From Geosiphon pyriformis uo1 (taxonomy: Eukaryota > Fungi > Glomeromycota): a stretch of 64,000 nucleotides of DNA. The position numbers and the translations under genes are program-made. The notes beneath the pieces were generated by a model, which was not told the DNA's origin, ran no database searches, and was given only the letters and a program-made list of their open reading frames with translations. The stretch is taken from positions 62,001 to 126,000 of the forward strand of contig JAAOMT010000557.1 in assembly GCA_016748015.1 (NCBI GenBank), read 5' to 3'. Within the stretch, counting starts at the first letter, position 1, and the number at the start of each line of letters is the position of its first letter. Positions 28,828 to 38,922 of the stretch are shown here, piece by piece.

Positions 28828-28992
28828 TGGAATTCCAGGATTTCTCTTAGGAATTGCAGGATTCCAGGAATTTCAGGATTCTTAACAAAGAATTGCAGGA
28901 TTCCAGAATTGCAGGATTCTTTTCAAAGAAATTGCAGGATTCCAGGAATTCCAGGATTCCTGTCGTAAAGAATTGAGGAATTGAGGAATCTC
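28828..28992 (+). repeat. U3 tandem array of GGAATT(G/C)CAGGATTCC-type units
   Basis: Repeated aggaattgcaggattcc / ttccaggaa units; also at ~38137-38285 and (minus strand) ~47560-47650. Confidence 0.85.
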
Positions 28993-28999
28993 AATTATG

Positions 29000-29009
29000 T
29001 ATATATAGC
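29000..29009 (+). promoter_or_regulatory. Putative LTR TATA box
   Basis: tatatatag directly downstream of the U3 array and conserved in all family A LTR copies (~38293, ~47517, ~49891, ~25242). Confidence 0.5.
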
Positions 29010-29597
29010 AGTAATATTAGAAACAGAAAAGACAGAATTGATACCACAGAATCCTTAGCCAAGAAACTAATTATCAAATAAACAATCATTCCATATCTCA
29101 ATCCACTCTTCATTATCAACACTTCATGTTGATAGTAATTGATACTTAATCACGCTAAAACAATAGCTTTTGATCATGGCTATTGACGAGATACTAATAG
29201 ACCAAATTGCCTTGGCTTATTTTCTTTATTTTTCTTACTTTTATTCTTATTTATTTTATTTCCTTCCGTTTTGATTTTTGTTGTTGTATATTAATTGATT
29301 AAAAGATTAAGCGCTGAGTTATTGATGTCAAGAATAGCCTGGTAAAAGACCCAAAAATAAGGGTAAAATTTTATATATATTATCAAATAGCTTACTAAAA
29401 GGGCACGACTGCCAAACTAAATCTGGCCACCATGCTGAGAAAGAAATTGGGAAAACTTTTGGAAGGATACATCTATTATTAACATCTACTATCAACATCA
29501 TTGAATCTCTGTCTATTATACAAAGGACTTAACCAAAACCTTTAGAGACTAAATCTTCAGATTGATATCAACTGCAATTAGCTTTAAGTACCAAGTT

Positions 29598-32500
29598 ATG
29601 GATTTGTTATTTGATTTGACAGCAGAAATAATCACCTGTAACATTTGGTGCTCCCTGTGAGGTATAATCCTACAGAGAACCAGCACCGACAACACCAAAC
29701 CAAAAGTGGCAGAATTAGAAACTATAGGAGCAAACCATTTAGGATTCGCAAAATTCTTATTTCAACACTATTGTCAATACTTGGGATTAAACCACAATCA
29801 TATATCTGCCAAATCAGCCTTCAATTTCTATGTCAACGAAAAAATTTCTTCTTTATTAGGAACACCAGTGAATACTGAATCAGCAAAAGAAACTTTCTAT
29901 AAGGAATTAATCCAAAACACCAACCTACCAACAAATCATAATTTCGCATCCATTATCACTGAGATCAACAAAGAAATTGAACATCACACTCAACAAAGAT
30001 ATCCAATTACATACACTAGTAAAAGCAAGGGAAAATTACAAACACCAGCAGTAATACTCAGAAAAATACAGCCACCTGCTTGGAAGAAAAACAGAGTTGA
30101 ATCCTCAAGCAATCCATCCTACCACTATACATCTGGAAGCACCATCAATATATCATCAACAGATGCATTCCCATCAACTGCTACATCAGCATTTGGACAA
30201 TTCCCATTTCAAAGTAGACAAAGGAAAACAAAATTGTTAGGACCATACAGCGAATACTTTGAGAGATTTAATTCGCAATTATCAACCCCATCAAGACTTC
30301 GATCACCACCGCCTCCACCAGATTTCAGAATCTCTGATCCGTGGGAAGCAGTGGAATCAGAAAAGGAGGAAGAAGAATCAGAGGATCAAGAATTCACTTA
30401 CCAGTATCCGATCACTGAAAATTCGGAAGTTGAAACCCCGAACATTCAAACTCAGCAACAGTTAAAAAATCCGGAAATCGAAACTCTGAATATTCGAACG
30501 CCGCCAAATCAAAGAAATCAAAACCCCGAATTAATTAATCAGCAAAACTTACCTTCAGTAATTGTCCTCAATTAACCGCCAATTAATCCTGTAGCCGAAC
30601 TCATACAACAGCCACTTCAACTACCACCCCAACAGCCAAGACAACAACAACAGCTTCAACAGCCACTACAACCACCTAACTTAGATCCAATGGCCTATGT
30701 ACCAATCGCAAAACTCGACAACTTTACTGGCAAAGAGGATGACACTCAAATATGGTTGAACGATGTAGAAAAAGCCATCACAGCCAACGGATGGAATGAT
30801 GCTTAAGCAATGCAAGCCATTCTCTACTTTCTCAAGGATACCACCAATTCATGGTATCAGAGCTTGGTTAATAAACCACAAGATTTCAATGTCTTCAAAG
30901 CGGAATTTCTAAGATACTTCAGCAACAATAACAGCATCAATCATCTAGTTAATGCATTTACCACCATAAAACAAAGAGAAACTGAAGCAGTTACTACTTA
31001 CCTGGGACGCTTCCATCGAAACCTATGCCAAATTCAAGCAATTGATGCCAATTATTTCACAGCACCACAGATACTCAATCAGTTTATCCGTGGCTTGCGC
31101 AGCAGCATCTTGCAACATGTACGGCCATTGCATTCAGGTACCCTTTAAGATGCAGTTACATGCGCCAGAGATTTTGAATCTGCTGAGTCAGAAGCTAACC
31201 ACACCCAAGCTGTTAACCTAGTAATGAATGGATCATCTGAATTGGATTCTAAATTGGAGAAGTTCAGTGAATCAATTAATAAGAGATTGGAAAGATACTT
31301 AGCTGACAATCATGCCATTTATCAGCCTCCACAATGACGCAATAATCAAGGAAATTCTAATTGTGGCCAAAATCAACCATGTTCATCTTCATCAACCAAT
31401 CAACAGTGGCAACAGGAAATGCGTATCTGCCACTATTGTGGTAAACAAGATCATATCCAAATTGACTGTCGCCAGCGTCTAAATAACCAAAGATCGGGAA
31501 ATCAATATCAAAACCCCAATCGCTGGTTCCAAACTCTGAATTATTATCCAAATCAGAGTCAAGACCAATATCGAAATAATTACCTGCCCATGACGCAGCA
31601 ACCAATCTATTAACCGTCAATATATCAACCTCCGATTCATCAGCCGCAGCCACAAGTAATATATCAACCGCAGCCACAAATCATCTATCAACCCCAACTA
31701 ATTCAAATACCAATTCAGAACCCAGCTCAAATGACATCAGGCAACCCTTGATCCAGAGTCACTCAAAACTGAAGATCAGTGATGGTTGTTCACCAACCGA
31801 TCCCCAGTTCGCTAAACTTACCATCAAGATCACGCACCTGGAATTTGGATACCAGTCACATCCAAAACCCAAATTTTCAATATTATTTAAGTCTCCTAGT
31901 TACCCCAGAAAATGCCACATTTAACAACACAGAATCCAATTAGCACATACCTACCAACACCATTCCACTGGCAACCATCTTTAGCAACAAATTCCTAGCA
32001 GCCATTTTCCCTTTCGAACTCGAAGAAAATGCACCAATACTATTATTCAGTGGAGCCCTCGAAGAGAAACCCATAACAGCAATGTACATGGATGCCAGAG
32101 TTGATGGTCATCTCATCAAACTCATCCTAGATAGTGGATCAGCTGGCAGCATAATCACTAGACAACTCATGGATCAATTAGGTCACCGAGTTGATCGAGC
32201 TGCCAGTGCCAGAATCATCACAGCCAATGGAGCGACCAAAACTCTCATTGGTGAAATCGACGATTTTCCTTTTGAAGTCAATGACATAATGACTCTCATT
32301 AAAGTTCTAGTAATGGAAGCCACTCAATACCAAGCTCTTGTTGGTAATGACTGGCTATCCAAAGTCAATGCAACATTAGACTGGAACACCCAAGAACTCC
32401 AGCTAACATATCAGGGCCAACACATACATGTTCCAGCCACATGTGGCCACTTCAAAACTCCTCCAAGAGAGAAACTATTAATTGAGCTGAAGGAGGAGAA

Positions 32501-35500
32501 AGAAAAGCCTATCTGGGAAGCCTACCAAGTATCGTGGATTGACAAAGAGCACAATGAGCTGCCGCCAATACTCTCTTGGGATGACAACAACAAGAGAAAA
32601 GGGAAACAAAAGGAAGAACTTACCTGGAAAACCGATGACCTGACATGGACTGACAATGACAAGAGTGAACTGACTTCAAGCTGGGAATAGGAAGAAGACA
32701 AAGAAAATAAAGGAAAAGGAAAAGAAAAAGAGACCACTTAAACCACCACCACTTATAACACCTACACTACACCACAACAATCTACCTATTATCGACCCAA
32801 GCTTATATGCATTGATTGTGGCAAGAAATTGTCGTCAATGGGCACATGCTGTGGGGACAATGAGGAATATTCAATGGCAACTAGGTTTTATTGCTGCCCA
32901 TGCATCCTTGAATGCTTTGGAAGACCAAAACAAGTAGGGAAATGGAACAATCAGCCATGCTTAGCTTGTGAAGAGACTCTTTTGGACAAAGGAATGTGGC
33001 ATGACATTCCTGGATGACGAGGAATGTGTGACGTATCATGTCAATACACAATTCTAATAAGTGACTGGGTAAAAAAAAAAACTCCAATAGAAGCAGTCTG
33101 GAGAAGAACCATACAGTGACTGGACAGTTGCCCACATGATGACGACAAAATTTGGCGAATAGCATTTGCAAAAATCAAAGGGGTGATGCCAGAAGAGATA
33201 AAAACAATCAAAGACAACCCTCCAGAATCTTTAGAGCTTGACTGGGATGCAGAACCCATCATAAACCTCCTGGATTCAGAACAATTCCATGAACACTACT
33301 AAGAATTAGCACCCACAAGAGAAGAACAAGAACAATGATTAGAGCAGTTGAACGCTTGATTATGTCAATACTGCCTAATTCCCTGTGACTTCCAGTATTA
33401 TGATGAGTGTGACTTCATTTACAATCCACCACCACACATGATCTACACAATCCCGGAAGAGGAAAAACCAATCAGCAGCTGCACATCAGAATCAGAATCA
33501 CTGATTAATCACAATTCAAATTCCGACAATAACAGTGACAACAATGGTTCAAACTTTGTTCAAAATAGCAATGACAATCACAATGATTCCAACTCAGATA
33601 CAAACTCCAAGATAAACTATGAACAATACATTGCACTACCAGATCTCTCCAAGGAACAAGAGTTGAAATGGTATAGTGACAATGGGGAAGGTATTATGCC
33701 AGAACGTGTGCATGATACTAATGCAGGGTTTGATCTAAGATATCCAGGAAAAGATGCCATCAAATTGGAACCACATTCACACACCTGCATTGATCTGAAA
33801 GTAGCACTAGAAATTCCGGCAACAACTATGGTTCAATTAGCATCTAGGAGTAGTTTAGCGAAAAGAGGGATTAATATAAGAGGAGAAATAATTGATGTGG
33901 GATATGTAGGAAATATCATTGCTATGCTACAAAATGACTCAGAAAAGGCCTATGTAATAGAGCCCAATGAAAAAATAGCACAGGCAATATTTCTGCCTCT
34001 GGTTAGAATAGCTCAGTTAATATCAGTGAGAAAGAGGAAGGAATTAGGAATCACGGCAAGAGGAATACAGGGATTTAGATCCACAGATAGAATAGATATA
34101 CCAGTTAATATGGCAGAGGAAAAAATTGTTGGCCAAGGAGAAATTATCTCAACTGGTCAAGCTATTTCCATTCCACCATATAGCCAGTACATGTTAGCAA
34201 TAGAAAGAAAGAAAAAGGAGCAAGAACAGATGTTTGAAGCAGAAGCAACCCTTTGTGAATTGGGAGAGATTGGGTTGATCAATCTCTACATATCAGCTAA
34301 AAACTATAGCAGCATAAAAATTTCCATCTACAACAATACTGGCAATGTCATCAGCATACCAGAAGGAACGACCATTGGATATTTAACCACAGAAATAGAA
34401 GACCAACCACCAAACCCCATTCTAGACTTTTCACAACTTTGTAGATATGTTGACATTACATCACAAACAATCTATGGACGAGACAAATGTTATTTGCTCC
34501 AACCAGAACAATTGGAACAAATGAACATAGGAAACTTAGATCCACTCCAATATATGCAGCTCAAGATGTTACTCAACAAGTTCAATGACATTTTTGCCAG
34601 CGAAAATGAGTTTGGCTGAACTGACATTATCCAGCATCAGATCAAGACTGGAGATGCAATGTCAATCAAACAAAGAGCCTACAGAGTGCCACTAGCCAGC
34701 CACAAGATTATTCATCAAGAGATAAACAGAATGCTTGACAATGGGCTAATTCAACCATCAATGAGTTCATGGTTGTCACCAGTGGTACTCGTCCATAAGA
34801 AAAATGGAAAAATCCGGTTTTGTATAGACTACAGGAAACTCAATGGTGTAACTCGTGGAGACAGTTATCCAACTTCACAAATACAGGAATTATTTGATGC
34901 TTTTGGTGGGAACAAATGGTTCTCTACATTAGATTTGAACAGTGGGTACTGGCAAGTAGCCATGAATTCAGCTAACAAAGAGAAGATGGCATTTACTATT
35001 AAAGAAGGGAATTTCGAATTTGAAATAATGCCATTCAGCTTAACCAATGCCCCAGCAACTTTTCAATGACTAATGGAAATTGTTTATATGGGCTTATTGT
35101 GGAAATCAGTAGTTGTATACTTGGACAACACCAATGTATTCTCAAAGACGTTTGATAATCATCTTCATTATCTTCAACAAGTGTTCGAAAGATTAAGAAG
35201 AGCAGAACTGAAGTTAAATGTGACAAAGTGCTTTTTTGGCAAGACGGAACTCAAATTCTTGTAACACATAGTCAGCAAAAACGGCATCAAAACGGATCCA
35301 GAGAAAATAGAAATAGTAAAGAACTTTCTAGTACCGACCAATATAACAGAACTGAAATCATTCTTGGAATTTGCCAGCTACTATTGTTGTTTTATCAAGA
35401 ACTTTTCCAAGATAACGCAGCCACTCAATCAACTACAAAACAAAAATGCGAAATATGAATGGACAGAAAGTCAACAAGAAGCTTTTGATATTCTGAAGAA

Positions 35501-35921
35501 AAAGCTCATCCAAGCTCTAGTACTGATCTATCCAGATTACAGCAAACCATTTATCATCACCACTGATGCATCCGGCCAAGCATTGAGAGCAGTATTATCT
35601 CAGAGAGGACCGGATGGCAGAGAACATTCAGTAGCATATGCCAGCAGAGATTTAACACCAGCCGAAAAGAACTATGGAACACTAGAACAAAAACACTTAG
35701 CAATATACTGGGCTGTTATGAAATGGAAAGAATACTTGAGCCAAAAGTTTGAAGTATACACAGATTACAAAGGATTGACATCACTCCAAAAACAAGAATT
35801 TGGAGATGGAAGACAGTCAAGATAGAAAATGGCACTCGCACTATACAATTATACTATACATTACAAAAAGGGAAAAGACAACGGAAATGCTGATGGTTTA
35901 TTGCGAATAAGACAAATCTAA
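29598..35921 (+). pseudogene. Gypsy ORF1 polyprotein: N-terminal extension, Gag (ATG 30690), CCHC knuckle (31428-31469), protease (from ~32082), Cys-rich domain, dUTPase (~33690-34090), RT (~34659-35300), RNase H (to 35921); many premature stops
   Basis: Track ORFs 29706, 30810, 31419, 32082, 32829, 33438, 34659, 35073 and 35364 are all in one frame. Motifs: CHYCGKQDHIQIDC, LILDSGS, AGFDL/SRSS/IAQ, RFCIDYRKLN, YLDN (YLDD mutated), TDAS, NADGL.R. The start at 29598 is inferred. Confidence 0.9.
29646..29662 (+). other. Primer binding site TGGTGCTCCCTGTGAGG
   Basis: Starts 2 nt after the 5' LTR with TGG; complementary to a tRNA 3' end ...CCUCACAGGGAGCACCA. Confidence 0.85.
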
Positions 35922-35983
35922 GAACATTTCAACCCAAAGATATAATAAAACCAGAACAATACCAACGGAAAATACAACAAAAG

Positions 35984-38053
35984 ATGAACATACAAAAATA
36001 TCAACAATTGCAACATTATCTAAATACTCAACAGTTCAAGGAGAATTTATCTCATATGGAACGAAGGAGGATCAAACAACAATCAAAATATTTTATCACT
36101 CACCAGAATATACTTTATCGGAAAAATAGAAGAGATCCAGATCAACCAACCAGAGTAATTACAGAGCCAAAAAAAGAGACAATATTATTCAACATACACT
36201 CAAATCCAACAGCAGGACATTTTCACAAAGAAGCAACCATGGAAAAAACTAGAAAAAGATACTATTGGCCATCAATGTATTCAAACATCATTCAATATGT
36301 TCAAAATTGTGATGCTTGTTAGCGAAGAGGAGGAACAAGACCCAGTGAACCATTAAGACCAATCAAAGTGAGACAACCATTTGACTGTATGGGAATTGAT
36401 TTAGTTAGACCATTAACAATCACCAGCAGAGGAAACAGATACATAGCAGTAGCTATGGACTATCTCACTAAATGGCCAGAGACAAAAGCAATTCAAAGAG
36501 CGGATGCAGAATCTATTGCCGAATTCATTTATCAAGAGTTGATTTGTCGACATGGATGTCCAAAAGAATTATTGTCAGACCAAGGAACTCATTTTGTGAA
36601 CAGAACATTAACTGAATTAAGCCAAAGATTCGGAATCAAAAGACCATTATCATCACCATACCATCCACAAACCAACAGATTGGTAGAAAGATTCAACAGA
36701 ACGTTGTGTAAAGCAATAGCCAAGCTCAGCCAAGAAAACCAGAACGATTGGGATTTGTTCATACCATCAGTACTATTTGCTTATTGGACAACAAAACAGG
36801 ATACTACACAAGCAACACCATTTAAATTAGTATACAGGAGAATAGCAATGTTACCAGTAGAGAGAAAAATTAATACATATCTAGCTGAACCAATAACAGA
36901 GGAAAATTTTCAAGAAACATTGCTGAAAAGAACATATGACTTAATGGAAACATTGGAAAACAAATGAAGAAGAGCAGCTGATAATATCCAAAAGTCATAA
37001 GAAACACAGAAAGAAAGACACGATAGTCAACTACTAGACAAACCAGTTGAATTTAAGATCAGAGACAAAGTATTACTACATTATACCAAAGCGAAAAAAC
37101 AATGGAGTGGAAAATTTGACCCCAAATGGGACGAACCATTTCACATAGAAGAAATTCTAGGAAATAGAGCTTACAAATTAAGATTGAATAACAAAATTTT
37201 AACCAAAGCAGCACATGGAGATTGACTGAAGCCATATCACAACATCACACTACCATCTACCAGTAATATTCCACAATTAGGAGTACAGAGAATACTAGTC
37301 CAACCAGATAAAATTCCATGAGATCTGGAACCAATCATTATTATCGACAACAACACGTTAAATTGATCCATCAAAAGAATATATAAAGACATGGTAGACG
37401 CGACAGGAAATATCAGAAAAATGGAAATTACAGACAACATTCATTCACTAGCACAACAACTCTTTCAATTAATCCAACACCAGGAAATGGAGATTACAAT
37501 CAATCAACAAACTATTCGATATCAAAATACTAGAAAGACATTGCAACTCAAAACACAGAAGAAAACTGAAAATACAGTGAACAAAATCATTATGAAAGTA
37601 AAATTAGCAATAATCAAAGAATTGACAAAAGAGTCACTATATCAAGAATTGACTAAAGAAACTTGGAATTGGTGAATACAACAATTTCCACGAAACTATT
37701 GTTATTTTTACTTGGGACAACACGTAAATATCCAGAATCTATATATGGATAAAACAAAGCAATTATTTGACAAAAAAATACTACAACAATTTAAATATTT
37801 CTTGGGAAAGAACAACTTATCCACACAAGCCTGAGCCATATACCAAATACACACAGCATTTCAAGATAAACCAGAAATATTGCTCAACAAAGAAATAGAT
37901 ATGGTGACTAGTAATCAATTGGGAAAAATCACCAATGCTCAATTTGAAAAATTACAGACCCAAATAACACAAGTAATTCTCAAAAATGAAATCCAGGAAA
38001 TACTTCAAGAAGGGGAATTACATGAGTTAGATTTTGACGGAGCTCAATATTAA
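35984..38053 (+). pseudogene. Gypsy ORF2: integrase (HHCC, DDE core, GPY/F-like region) plus ~230 aa unknown C-terminal domain
   Basis: Own ATG at 35984 in a different frame; H...H...CDAC, GIDLV, SDQGTHF, PYHPQTN.LVERFNRTL, PKWDEPFHI; the same frame continues through ORF 37391 to TAA 38051-38053. Confidence 0.88.
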
Positions 38054-38066
38054 AAGAAGGGAATAA
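38052..38066 (+). other. Polypurine tract
   Basis: aaaagaagggaataa immediately before the 3' LTR. Confidence 0.85.
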
Positions 38067-38922
38067 TGTTACTCATAAAAATATAGGAATTATATTAGCA
38101 TAATTATTAGCCAATCAGAAGTAAGCGTAGTAAATGTGGAATTCCAGGATTTCTCTCAGGAATTGCAGGATTCCAGGAATTTTAGGATTCTCAACGAGGA
38201 ATTGCAAGATTCCTCTCAAAGGAATTGCAGGATTCCAGGAATTCTAGGATTCCTGTTGTAAAGAATCGAGGAATTGAGGAATCTCAATTATGTATATATA
38301 GTAGTAGTGTTAGAAAAAAAAAGACAGAATCGATACCACAGAATCCTTAGCCAAGAAACTAATCATTAAATAAATAATCATTCCATATCTCAATCCACTC
38401 TCCACTATCAACACTTCATGTTGATAGTAATTGATACTTAACCATGCTGGAACAATAGCTCTTGATCACAGCTATTGAGGAGATACTAATGGACCAAATT
38501 GCCTTGGCTTATTTTCTTTACTTTCTTTACTTTTATTCTTATTTATTTTATTTTCTTCTGTTTTGATTTTTGTTGTTGTATACTAATTGATTAAAAGATT
38601 AAACACTGAGTTATTGACGTCAAGGATAGCCTGGTAAAAAACCCAGAAATAAGAGTAGGATTTTATATATATTATTGGATAGCTTACCAGAAGGGCATGA
38701 CTGCCAGACTAAATCCAGCCACCATGCTGAGAAAGAAATTGGGAAAACTCTTGGAAGGATACATCTACTATCGACACCATTGAATCTCTGTCCATTATAC
38801 AAAGAACTCAACCAAAACCTTCAGAGACTAAATCTTCAGATCGATATCAACTGCAATTAGCTTTGAGCACCAAGTTATGAGTTTGTTATTTGATTTGACA
38901 GCAGAAATAATCACCTGTAACA
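38067..38922 (+). repeat. 3' LTR (856 bp)
   Basis: Direct repeat of 28758-29643, TG...CA ends. Confidence 0.97.

Larger units (their letters stand above)
28758..29643 (+). repeat. 5' LTR (886 bp)
   Basis: TGTTAC...GTAACA inverted termini; direct repeat of 38067-38922. Confidence 0.97.
28758..38922 (+). mobile_element. Young full-length Ty3/Gypsy LTR retrotransposon with dUTPase; 4-bp TSD CCGA (left copy mutated to CCAA)
   Basis: Two LTRs, PBS, PPT, domain order Gag-PR-dUTPase-RT-RH-IN; ccaa at 28754-28757 and ccga at 38923-38926; excision restores LINE ORF2 NARHFVR|DIYR. Confidence 0.97.

Noticed and set aside
28828-28992. Repeat array superficially like a CRISPR array
   Set aside because: No unique spacers, no cas genes, eukaryotic context; it is the U3 region of an LTR and is duplicated in the other LTR.
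29126-29597. Longer LTR-encoded ORF with a transmembrane-like segment in frame with Gag
   Set aside because: About seven stop codons are shared by both LTRs, so they predate insertion, and the hydrophobic stretch is just a T-rich tract. Only the last 15 codons (from 29598) are supported.
37240-38053. env gene or chromodomain after integrase
   Set aside because: No signal peptide, TM helix, furin site or chromodomain aromatic motif; reported as an unknown domain instead.
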